A stretch of DNA of 64,000 bases from a virus. The notes beneath the pieces were generated by a model that was not told where the DNA came from, ran no database searches, and saw only the letters and a list, made by a program, of their open reading frames with translations. Position numbers and translations under genes: made by a program. Location: positions 1-64,000 of IMG/VR virus record IMGVR_UViG_3300009158_000045; one strand, 5' to 3'. Shown here piece by piece: positions 17,527 through 28,100 of the stretch (position 1 is the first letter of the stretch; the number at the start of each line of letters is the position of its first letter).

Positions 17527-17919
17527 ATGTCATTTGACACATTAAAGGTAGCCGAATTAAAAGAAATTGCAGAAGAGTTTGCAGTAGATACAGACGGCTT
17601 GAAAAATAAAAAAGATATAGTTGCAGCTCTAGCAGAAGAAGGTGTTAGCTGGTCAATTTATCAAAAAACAAAACAAGATGTACTTGATGCAGTAGAAGAA
17701 ATTGAAATTTTGCCAAAGTTCGATCCCTCACAACAGCCAGAAGATTCAATATTAGTACGAATGACAAGAGCTAACATGAGATACGATATTCTTGGCAATA
17801 CATTTACAAAAGAACATCCGTTTGTTGCAATGCAAGAAGAAGACGCTCAAAAAATTTTTGATACAGAGGAGGGTTTTCGTTTAGCGACACCAAAAGAAGT
17901 TCAAGAGTTTTATAGCTAA
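17527..17919 (+). CDS. Rho-N/SAP-like helix-extension-helix domain protein
   Basis: FDTLKVAELKEIAEEFAVDTDGLKNKKDIVAAL pattern. Typical position after MCP. Confidence 0.6.
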   Translation: MSFDTLKVAELKEIAEEFAVDTDGLKNKKDIVAALAEEGVSWSIYQKTKQDVLDAVEEIEILPKFDPSQQPEDSILVRMTRANMRYDILGNTFTKEHPFVAMQEEDAQKIFDTEEGFRLATPKEVQEFYS

Positions 17920-17935
17920 ACGCAAACATTAATTA

Positions 17936-18916
17936 ATGGAAATATTAGTTGGATTAAGCGCACCATTAAAACATAAAGTTATTTTTGGCGGGGAGTCAAT
18001 TGACCCAGACGGCTTAGTTGCTGTAGACATTTATTATGTAGAAAAAGATCCAATTGAGCAGACCCTTACACGTGTACTTCAAGCAACATTTAATGCTTTG
18101 AAAATAGAAACAGATGTAGGGGCATATGAAGTTACATTGCCTCATTACCTTGTAAATACTCAAAGGCAAATTGAGGCTGCTTGGAAGTATAGGATTAATG
18201 GTCAGGATATTGTAAAGCAGCAGCAAATATTTGTTACACAGCCATATGTTGATTTAATTGAAGTTCTTGAAGAGCTTGAATTGGGCTGGGACTATAATGA
18301 TGAAAATAATAAAACTTTAAATGAACTACAGCTTGCAGAAAGATATGCAAGAAAAATGATCGAGTCTCAGACAGGACAAAGTTTTAATTCCTACCATGAC
18401 AGCTATGTCATGTATGGAGATAACTCAGACATTATGCCTTCTCCAATGAGAGTCGTTGAATTAAAAGAAATCTATATTAATGATGTGCTATCTTATAGCA
18501 CCTACACTGGACAGCAAATGAATGCACTTAGCGTTCTTCCAAAAATATCGGAGACTAAATTTGGAATAAAAATAGATAGAGGTGCTTATTTAGATCAGAC
18601 TGTTTATGTTGCAAATGGTCTTGTGCCACCAATGATTAATGAAGTCGGCCTTGGCTTTTTTAGAAAAGATACCAGGTATGTAATACAAGCAGTTTTTGGT
18701 TGGGAGAATGTTCCTAATAATATACAGGTCGCTTGCGTAGAATTAATGAAAGATTATTTTTCTAAAGATAAAGTGTGGAGAAATAAATACATAAAAAATA
18801 TTACTACTTTTGACTGGCAGTTCGAGTACAACAGCTCAACATTTTCTGGTACTGGTAATAACTATGTAGACCAATTGCTATTGCCTTATACAATAAACAA
18901 AATGGTTTTGATATAA
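17936..18916 (+). CDS. head-tail adaptor/connector
   Basis: YARKMIESQTGQSF...FGWENVPNNIQVAC...TGNNYVDQLLLPY, plus synteny. Confidence 0.7.
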   Translation: MEILVGLSAPLKHKVIFGGESIDPDGLVAVDIYYVEKDPIEQTLTRVLQATFNALKIETDVGAYEVTLPHYLVNTQRQIEAAWKYRINGQDIVKQQQIFVTQPYVDLIEVLEELELGWDYNDENNKTLNELQLAERYARKMIESQTGQSFNSYHDSYVMYGDNSDIMPSPMRVVELKEIYINDVLSYSTYTGQQMNALSVLPKISETKFGIKIDRGAYLDQTVYVANGLVPPMINEVGLGFFRKDTRYVIQAVFGWENVPNNIQVACVELMKDYFSKDKVWRNKYIKNITTFDWQFEYNSSTFSGTGNNYVDQLLLPYTINKMVLI

Positions 18917-18917
18917 A

Positions 18918-19346
18918 ATGAATAACCTAGTAGACTCTATTCTTGTAATGAGGGCAGACATCTATAGCCAATCTGAAATTCAAGATGAGGACACAGGGGC
19001 TTTAAAAAAAGAATGGTCTTATTCCCATACAGTCCCGTGCCATGCGAAGGGTATAATAAGTAACTCTGGAAGCTCAAGAAGCGGAGATAGACAGATGATT
19101 GGATCTAAGTATATTAATGAGCAGGTTATTGAATTTAGAACAGAGTCAAAGATAACATACAGGCATAAAATTTCAAATGTAAGAGACAGCAACGATCAAG
19201 TAATTTGGAAAGAATTAAATTTTCCAACAGAGACACCAACAGTTTTTGAAGTAACAAGCTCCACGCCGATTGTAGATCCATTTGGAACAATACTTGGGTA
19301 CAACTCAGTGCTCAAAAGATCGGAGAACCAGATAATTGGAATCTAA
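18918..19346 (+). CDS. head closure/stopper protein
   Basis: 142 aa, beta-rich (ADIYSQ...DTGALKKEW...VPCHA), plus synteny. Confidence 0.6.
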   Translation: MNNLVDSILVMRADIYSQSEIQDEDTGALKKEWSYSHTVPCHAKGIISNSGSSRSGDRQMIGSKYINEQVIEFRTESKITYRHKISNVRDSNDQVIWKELNFPTETPTVFEVTSSTPIVDPFGTILGYNSVLKRSENQIIGI

Positions 19347-20127
19347 TGTAGCTTTAATTCAAGTATCAAGTGGCCTAGAAAGACTTATGGTTGGAGCACC
19401 CACAACTGGCACACTTAAAGATAGCAACGTAGCACAGATATCTGCCTTTTTATATTTTCAGGCCCAGGTAATTTCTCAGCTAACAACAAACCAGAAGTTT
19501 AAACAACTTTTTCAAAATACTATATTCAATCAAATTGAAAAAGATTTTTCTTTATATGTAGACTCACAAGCTAGAATGAAGCCAAAGTCATTGCACCATG
19601 TTTATGAATGGGGAAAGACTGGAGATCCCACATCAAGGCTCTTCATGTTAAATCGAATAAATTCAAATACCTTATCCTTTCAAGTAAGACCAGAGTTTGT
19701 GCTATCTAGATCCTTTGTGCCAAATGATAACAAGGGCCAGAATAAGAGATACATCTTTTCTAGAAAAGCATCTGTTATGGAAAAGAACCAGCCAGTAATC
19801 ATATCGCCAAAGAGCGCAGAAAGACTTGTATTTGAAATTAATGGAGAAACTGTATATATGCCAAAGGGGCAATCCGTAACAGTAACTAGACCAGGTGGAT
19901 CGTCATCTTCAAATGCATTTACTTTGCAATATAGCAGATGGTTTAGCGGACAACTAGTTAGTCAATCAATTAAAAATTCAGGATTTGAAAAAATATTTAA
20001 TATAAAAACAGCTAAAGCCCTAAAGATACCAGCTAGCATAAAAAGAATACAGTATTCATTTGCAGCAAATAAGATTAGGGTAGAGGCAGATGCATCAGTT
20101 GCAGCTGCGTTTGGAGCATCATTATGA
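19336..20127 (+). CDS. neck/tail-completion protein
   Basis: TTG start, LHHVYEW motif, lies between stopper and terminator. Confidence 0.5.
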   Translation: MESNVALIQVSSGLERLMVGAPTTGTLKDSNVAQISAFLYFQAQVISQLTTNQKFKQLFQNTIFNQIEKDFSLYVDSQARMKPKSLHHVYEWGKTGDPTSRLFMLNRINSNTLSFQVRPEFVLSRSFVPNDNKGQNKRYIFSRKASVMEKNQPVIISPKSAERLVFEINGETVYMPKGQSVTVTRPGGSSSSNAFTLQYSRWFSGQLVSQSIKNSGFEKIFNIKTAKALKIPASIKRIQYSFAANKIRVEADASVAAAFGASL

Positions 20128-20633
20128 CAAACTACAAGCTAGATGTAACTTCGGATATTAGAAAATATCTATGGGCTCAATTAAAACGGCATAATGTTTT
20201 TGATGTACATGACTACTATATTGATAGCTTAGATAAAGAAATAATTCCTATCATACCCGTCCAGCAACAGCCAGAACTTAATCAATTTTTGAGCGGGAAG
20301 AAGCACATAGTCTATGACAAAATAAATATGTCATATGATAGCCTATGGGCAATATGTGAAGAACAAATACTATTTTGCATATATGCGACAGACATATCTG
20401 AAATCAATGAAATTAGAAATTTAATGGTTGATTTATTTAGGAGAATGGATGAGTCGGCCAGAGATATAAACAGGTCGGGCGAAATTTCAAATACATTTAA
20501 ATTCCATACTATTACAATGATAGACATATCCCCAGTCTCACCCTCAGAGGAAATCCAGGGCTTTTTGGGCACAGATATAGTTTTAGAGGTTAAATACTCT
20601 AGAGAATCTAATTCGGCTGGCAGATTTATTTAA
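20124..20633 (+). CDS. tail terminator protein
   Basis: 169 aa, directly upstream of the major tail gene. Confidence 0.55.
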   Translation: MTNYKLDVTSDIRKYLWAQLKRHNVFDVHDYYIDSLDKEIIPIIPVQQQPELNQFLSGKKHIVYDKINMSYDSLWAICEEQILFCIYATDISEINEIRNLMVDLFRRMDESARDINRSGEISNTFKFHTITMIDISPVSPSEEIQGFLGTDIVLEVKYSRESNSAGRFI

Positions 20634-20634
20634 C

Positions 20635-20663
20635 TTGCTTTTAGGTGATAATTGCACTATTAT
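20635..20663 (+). promoter_or_regulatory. promoter for major tail gene
   Basis: TTGCTT (20635-20640), 17-bp spacer, TATTAT (20658-20663). GGAGG SD before ATG 20724. Confidence 0.5.
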
Positions 20664-20723
20664 TAGAACAGAGGAAAGGGTCTAGCCAACCAAAATTTAA
20701 GAATTACATAGGAGGACTAAAAA

Positions 20724-21395
20724 ATGGCATTTAATACAGCCAAAAATATTCTTGTAGGAGCATCACCATTGTATCTTTCAGTAAAAGATTCAACGGAGAG
20801 CGGTTACGTAGAAAACATGTTAGATGGAGCATCAGGTGGAGTATCACTTGTGCAAGGTAAATCAGCAGCAAAAACACTAGATGCAGAAACCACAAAGTTT
20901 CGCAATGTAGGTTACACAAATAATGGTCTTCAGATTACATACAACCCAACATACGGTTCAGTAACTGTCGATCAGCTTCTTGATACAGCAAAGCTTTTCA
21001 AGGAATCCATGGAAGTTATGATCGCTACAGAATTAGCAGAAGGTACTCTTGAGAACGTTCTTGCAGTATTCGGTCAAGAAGGAAAAACACTTTCAGCAGA
21101 TTTAGCAGCAGGTACAGATCAGACACTAGGAATGGCAGCGGGAGCTCTTGGTATTGCACCAACAGAGCGTCAGCTAGTCGCAATTGGAAATGCTCCAACA
21201 ACAGTGTCTACTACAACAGAGCGTGTATATTATGGTCGCCGTGTGCTTTCAGTACAGCAATCACAGTTTACATTAGCACGTAATAATCCAACAGTATTCC
21301 CAGTTACATTCCGTCTGCTTCCAGACGCAGCGTACACAGGAAAAGAATACGGTAAGATTATTGACCGTGTACTAACACTACCAGCAAACGCTTAA
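20724..21395 (+). CDS. major tail tube protein
   Basis: NILVGA...VGYTNNGLQITYNPT...VDQLLD...LAEGTLEN...PVTFRLLPD, followed by a terminator. Confidence 0.85.
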   Translation: MAFNTAKNILVGASPLYLSVKDSTESGYVENMLDGASGGVSLVQGKSAAKTLDAETTKFRNVGYTNNGLQITYNPTYGSVTVDQLLDTAKLFKESMEVMIATELAEGTLENVLAVFGQEGKTLSADLAAGTDQTLGMAAGALGIAPTERQLVAIGNAPTTVSTTTERVYYGRRVLSVQQSQFTLARNNPTVFPVTFRLLPDAAYTGKEYGKIIDRVLTLPANA

Positions 21396-21412
21396 TTAAT
21401 TAATTTAATTAA

Positions 21413-21444
21413 TAGAAGGCCCCTGAGAAATCAGGGGCTTTCTA
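21413..21444 (+). terminator. intrinsic terminator after major tail gene
   Basis: TAGAAGGCCCCTGA-GAAA-TCAGGGGCTTTCTA hairpin with GNRA loop. Confidence 0.85.
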
Positions 21445-21445
21445 C

Positions 21446-21474
21446 TTGTAGTGATAAAATGGATATGATACAAT
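21446..21474 (+). promoter_or_regulatory. promoter for chaperone/tape-measure operon
   Basis: TTGTAG (21446-21451), 17-bp spacer, TACAAT (21469-21474) with TG extension. GGAGG SD before ATG 21503. Confidence 0.55.
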
Positions 21475-21502
21475 AATTAAGACAATCCTAGGAGGATAAA
21501 TA

Positions 21503-21835
21503 ATGGCATCTACAGTATACGACGTAGAAGAAATTAAGTTACAAAATGGCGCAATAGTTAAGCTAAAGCCTTTAACAATTAAAGAGCTTCGAAAGTTTAT
21601 GGCAGCTATCCAGAAGACATCTGAAGTTACTACAGAAGATGAGACACTATCAATTCTTATTGATGCATGTGCAGTTGCATTAGAAAAGCAGCTACCAGAA
21701 TTAGTAGCAGACAGAGATGCATTCGAAGATGTTTTGGATGTTCCAACAATCAATCGCATTCTTGAAGTTTGCGGCGGAATTAAGATGGACGACCCAAACC
21801 TTCTAGCGGCTCAAGTTCTAGCTGGTCAGAACTAG
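21503..21835 (+). CDS. tail assembly chaperone (G-like)
   Basis: Lies between tail tube and tape measure. VKLKPLTIKELRKF motif, slippery heptamer near the 3' end. Confidence 0.85.
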   Translation: MASTVYDVEEIKLQNGAIVKLKPLTIKELRKFMAAIQKTSEVTTEDETLSILIDACAVALEKQLPELVADRDAFEDVLDVPTINRILEVCGGIKMDDPNLLAAQVLAGQN

Positions 21836-22164
21836 ATCTAGCCGCTTTAGAAGGAGATATTTTTCTTTTAGGACACTGGAAGAATTATGAAGAACTAGAA
21901 GAAAATCTCTCAATGCCAGAGTTAATACAAACGTTAAAGTCTATGACAAAGACGGAAGAAGATAAAAGAATTTTCTTAGCAGCTATACAAGGTATAGAGT
22001 TAGGAAAAGATAAAGAAGAAACAGAAGGCCCAACCTTCGATGACGTAAGACTAAAAGCACTTGGAATAGAAGCTAGCAAAGATGACATTGTTTCGCTACA
22101 GGGTCAAATTGCAGCAGAAAGTGGTTTTGGAATCGGAGCAGGATTAGGGTACTCGAAGGAGTAG
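21793..22164 (+). CDS. tail assembly chaperone -1 frameshift extension (GT-like)
   Basis: C CCA AAC (X XXY YYZ) at 21793-21799. The -1 frame is open from 21784 through WSELDLAALEGDIFLLGHWKNYEELEENLSMPEL... to the stop at 22164. Confidence 0.75.
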   Translation, partial: PKPSSGSSSSWSELDLAALEGDIFLLGHWKNYEELEENLSMPELIQTLKSMTKTEEDKRIFLAAIQGIELGKDKEETEGPTFDDVRLKALGIEASKDDIVSLQGQIAAESGFGIGAGLGYSKE

Positions 22165-22167
22165 TAA

Positions 22168-25100
22168 ATGTCGGCACCGCAGTTTATTAATACTAACATA
22201 GTAGCTACTGCCAACTTCTCTTCTTTAACATCTCAGCTATCAGCAGTAACCTCCCAGTTACTAAAACTTCAGCAAACAGTTATAGGCACAAACAAGATAT
22301 TCCAAAATCAAGTTTCTGTAATGAACCGTGCATTTGCAGAAAACATGAGAAGCACTGGACAATTTGCCACACACTTTGTCACCTTGTCCTCAGATGTAGA
22401 AAATTTTGGAAGAAATTTAGATTCTGGAAAATTAAAACTAAGTAGATATTTTAAAACTTGGCAAGACCATACAAAAACTTCTGGTGGCTTGATAAGACAG
22501 TTAGCCCAGCAGCAGGTAACATTACAAAATGCAGTCATACAGCCCTTGGGTAAAAATGCCCAAGGGTTAATGCAATATAACGTGCATGTTGCACAGGGCC
22601 TAGATACCATAGCAAACAAAACAGCGCTTGCTGCAATGCAAGCAAAAATATTAAATAAGGTAATGCAAGATGGTGCAAACCAGTTAATTAACTGGGGTAA
22701 AAATACACAGTGGGCTGGTAGACAGCTAACAGTTGGTTTGACACTGCCTCTTGCAATGTTTGGCCAGGCAGCATCAAAAGCATTCTTAGAAGCAGATAAA
22801 GAATTAGTTAGACTTACAAAAGTTTATGGTGGACTTGCTGCTACAAGCGCATCCGATCTAAAAAAGATAAGAAATGAAGTTTCAGCAACTGCAAAAGAAT
22901 TAGCAGCCCAGTATGGAGCATCTTATACTGCAACAATTGGACTGGCTGCCGATATAGCTGCGACTGGAAAACAAGGCCAAGACCTCTTAGATTCAACAGT
23001 TCAAACAACAAGACTTGCAATTCTTGGTGAGGTTGAGCATGCAGAAGCAATGAAAGCAACCCTTGCAATTCAAAGTACATTTAAGCAAAGTACAGATGAA
23101 CTTACGCAATCAATTGATTTTTTAAACGCAGTAGAAAACCAAACATCTACAACACTAAATGATTTAGTTATTGCAATACCTAAAGCTGGTCCTGTAATTC
23201 AAGCAATGGGAGGCAGCGTAAAAGATCTTTCATTATTATTAGTTGCAATGAAAGAAGGAGGAATTAATGCTTCGGAAGGAGCTAATGCTCTTAAGTCTGC
23301 ACTTGCTTCATTAATTAACCCAACAAAAGTTGCAAAAGCGATGTTTGCAGATTTTGGAATTGACCTTACCGAGATAGTAGAAAAAAATGCTGGTAACTTA
23401 ACTGGCACAATAATGGCCCTACAGTCTGCTTTAGACAAACTTAATCCATTACAAAAACAACAGGCAATTGAACAGCTTTTTGGCAAATTCCAATTTTCAA
23501 GATTGAATGCCTTATTTGCAAATCTTGGAAAGCAGGGGTCTCAAACACTTCAGGTGCTAGATTTAATGAATGCATCTGCAGGGGATTTAGCAAATCTATC
23601 TTCTAGAGAATTAGCACAAATAACTGAATCTGCATCTGGAAAATTTAGAAGAGCCCTAGAATCAGTTAAAGCAGATATGGCACAAATTGGAAATTCTTTC
23701 CTTTCAATTGGCACAACAATATTAAATATTATTAGCGGAATTGTTAAATTTTTTGGCAAACTGCCAGACCCATTAAAAAAAGCATTGACTTTCTTGGGAG
23801 GAATAACAGCAGTTGCTGGTCCTCTTATCATGTTGACTGGTGTGCTTGCTAACTTTTTTGGATATATAGTAAAAGGTTTATTCCATTTTAAAGCTTTATT
23901 TAAAGGCGGAGAAGGATGGAAGTACCTTACACCAGAAATTTTGGCTGCAGAAAAAGCTGGATCTTTAATTGAAAAAACATTTTATAGCGATGCAAAAGCT
24001 GCTGCCACACTAGAAGTATCACTCCATGGTTTAGCCGCAGCATACAAAGATTTAGAGGGCAAGATACTAGCAGCAAATATTGCCGCACAACCAACAATAA
24101 GCACAATAGCTGGCTCTCCAATATTGCAGGGTTCAACAAGAGTTGCAGATCCGTCACACCCATTAATAGGACAGCCTTATTCAAGGTCAATGGCACACTT
24201 AAATCCTGTTTCAAAAATGACAGAGGTAGAAAGATTATCTCAAACTATATTTTCAACAGTTCCAAATCCAGCACCAGTAAATAGAAAAGTTGGCGCAAAC
24301 CCACAGATGTATATGACTGGAGATATGCCATTAATTCCTGGACTAACTTCAGTAAACGGTGCTTCAACTGGAATCATTGCATCAGAAGCAGCTAAGTGGC
24401 ATTCAATGACTGCTGCGCTTGCAATGCAGTCTGAGCAAGAGCTTGTTCTTTTAAAACGAGAAGTTGCTGCAACTGGAGGAATTACAACATCTCTCTCTGG
24501 ATCGTATCAAAAACTATTACCAGAAATGACAAAGCTAACAACGCATGCTGCACAAGAAGGAGCAAAGATAGTAGCAGCACTTGAAGCTGGGGCATTGACC
24601 GTAGCTCAAGCGCAAGCAGAAATTGTAGCTCTTAATGCAAGAATTGAAGCTATGATGGTGCAGACCGCATCTCAAATTGCAGCAATTGAAAGTAGATCAA
24701 TTAATTTAACATCAGTACCTCTTTTAAGCCAGCCAATTATTGATCCAATTACAGGCAAGTCAAACATGAAAGAAGTATTCCGACCAGGAAGAACTGCATC
24801 AACTATAGATGCTATTGCTGATGCGCTTGGAGTTAGAACATCTGGCGGAGGATATTCTATTGCAACAACTAAACCAAAATTCCTTCCAATTGTAAAAAGA
24901 AATACTGGCGGAGAAATATTTACAGCAGAAGGTGGAGCTTTTGTTCCAGGAGTTGGAAACACCGACACCGTGCCAGCCATGCTCACACCAGGAGAATTTG
25001 TTGTCAATAAAAAACAAACTCAAAAAGACCCACAAGGGCTTAGAGATTACAATGCTGGCAGAGCAGTAATCGTTCCAGTACAAAAATTTTTAACTGGCGG

Positions 25101-28100
25101 CGAGGTTTTAGAGGGCGCACATTTTAGCGGAAATGTAAAATTAACTGGAGAGCAAATTAAAAATGCTCCAAGACTATTTGATGCTTTGCCTCCACACATG
25201 CAAGCAAGCGTTTTGCAGTTTCCTGGACAAACATTTTTAATTCAAGATAGTCAAATACTTACATTGCCAAGAATTTTAAATAAAAAATTAAGATTAGCAA
25301 GTCGTGCAAATTTATCAAAAGAGCAGGCTTTGGGACACATAAGAGGCGTACCAGCAGCAACAATGTTTTCTGGATGGAATCTTGATGAAAGATTAAAAGA
25401 AAGATTAAAAGCAGAGCTTCTTACACAAATATCTCTATCTACACCAGCGGACCCAGCTGCAGGTTACAGAGATCCAGATATGGAAAGAATATTTAAGACT
25501 ACAAAAGAAAGACTTCTAAACGATACATCCTTGGACTATGAGGATATTAAAAAATTTGCATTCTCTTTTAGAGAAGCAGAGCAAAAAACAAAGGTTGTCT
25601 TAACAACACTTAAAGATGTAGAGGCTTCTGCAAAAATATTTGCTTCTGCAAAAAAGCTTGAAAAATTAAAAACAGAATTAGGCATAGACATTCCTAAGCC
25701 AGATGAAGTTACAAGATTTTCTACCTCAAAAAATGCTGATGTGACTAAAAGTGTTGGTTGGTTTGATGCTAATGCTAAAAGAATAGCAGAAAGATACTTT
25801 GCAAGGTATCCCGATAAAAAAGATATTAGTATCCCAAATAGCCAGGGCAAAAGAAATATCTGGGTTAACAGCGGTAATGGAGTAGCTACAGTACATGAAG
25901 GAGGAGCGACTACAGCTAAATTAAGAGAAGCTGTTGTTTTGGTTATAGATGAACTTACTGGAAGAGTAAGAGTAGGTAAATTAAATCCAATATTCGCCCC
26001 AAGAGATCCAAAAGCAGCCACAATGACTAGAAGATGGATTGCTGGAAGAGCAACTGGAGGGCCAGTAAATAAAAATACTCCTTACATTGTAGGAGAAAAG
26101 GGACCAGAGTTATTTATTCCAAGACATGATGGCGGAATAATTCCAAATAATAAATTAAATTCAGGAGGCCCAGTTGCTGGCGTAAGGTATTACGGTACTG
26201 GGTCTGGCGACGGGCCAGTAACAGCAGATACATTTGGTTCTGTTGCACAGGCCAAGAAAGCCCTTAGAAGCGGCAACCCAGCCGTCAGAGCAGCAGCTCA
26301 AACATGGTTACTTGCACAGTCCGCAAAAGGCTCCCAGGTAGCCGTAGGAGGCACACCAGGGGTATTCCAAGGAGAGCAGTCACCTGGAACAAGAGGCTCA
26401 TATACAAGAGGCAGAGGATTTACTGATTATCAAATTAGAGGTTCACAAGTATCTGGTATTCATGCTATGCCAACTTATAGACCAATTTATGACAATAATC
26501 CATTTAGGGGATGGCAGCCAGGAGTAGGAACAATGGCAGCAGCATCTTCATTAAAATTAGCTTCTTCTGATGCTTATGCTCGTGCAGGTGCCAGGTTAAC
26601 AGTATTACAATTAGCTGCTTTAAATAAATTATTAGAAGTGCAGACATCTGCAAAAAATGCTTTACAAACTACTGGTATTGTAATAAAAGAATTAAGGGGA
26701 ACAACAACAGCAAAACTCTCCGATGCATATGCAAGATCAACATATAGACCAACAAGCTGGAGAGAATTAAGCCCATTTAATCCCACTGGATATAACGCAA
26801 GAAGAGTTCCAGGACAACCATTTGGAGCATCACTTGGAAATCATCCATTTGCAGTTTCAATGGCAGCTTCCGCTGGAGGAATGTACGCAGCTTCAAAAAT
26901 TAAAAACCCAGCAATAGCTGGCATTGTATCTACAATGGCTGGCGTTCTTCCATTTATGTTGCCACAAATGCTAATGCAAAAAAAGGCTGCAAAAGCAGCC
27001 ATGTTAAATGATGAAGCTAGGTTGTTGGCAGAAAGAAATGGAACTACAATTGCTCAAGAAAGACAGGCACTTGTTGCAAAACAACAAGCAGAAAAAGCTG
27101 CTGCACAAGCAGCAAGAACTTCTGCATTGGCTTCAAAAACTGGCATGGGTTCAAAAATAGCAGCAGGTGCTGAAAAGGGTATGCTTGCTTTAATGCTAGC
27201 ACAAGGAGCAAAAGTATCTGGAATATTTGCAAGAATTGGTCCAATGATTTTTAGAATAGCATCAATTTTAAAAAGCCTTAGTATACCTGGACTTATTATA
27301 ACAGCCCTAATTATGATAGGAAAATATTTTTGGGATGCACATAAAGCAGCACAAGCAGCAATACAAGCTCAATCTGATTCATTTAAATTAAATGCAAAAC
27401 AAGCAAAGCAGGCTGGAATAGCTTATGTAGACTTTAAGAAAAAAGTAGAAGATGTAAGAGAACAACAGCGCTTAATGATGGAAGCTGGAAGAATTGCACT
27501 GCAGTCAAATAAAAATTCTAGTATAGGTGGACTAGTATTTAGCTATCAGGAATTAAAGAAGGCAACTAAAGACGCTAAAAAGAACATGCCAGATGTTGTA
27601 AAGATGTTTGATGATTTAAACTTTGACCAAGTTGCAGATGCCGCCGCTAATCTAAAAGTACAATTTGTTTCTCAAGGAATGTCTGCCGAGAAAGCGGCAA
27701 TAAAAATATATGGAATTGTTGCAGCCTCTAACAAAGCTGGACAAGCAGCGGATGCAATTTCAACAAAAGCGTTTATGGCCATACAGGACAAGTCTACAGC
27801 AGCAACAGCTTCCGTTCAAGGTTTAGCAAAAGCAATAAAATCTGATCTGGACGCAAAAATAATTGTTTCATCATTTGAAGCTATGGTAAGTGCAGTAGAT
27901 GCTTCGACCAAAGCTTTGATTGGAACAAAAGATGAAACTGGTAAAGTAATAACAGAAGCTGAAGCACTTGAGGCTACTTTTAAGCAAATACATTCTACAC
28001 AACAAGGAAACGTGCAGTTAGGCGAAGATGGGCTAAAGGCTCTTCAAGATCAAAACCCATTATTAATTGGAATATTAAATAAGAACGATACTATTGCTGG

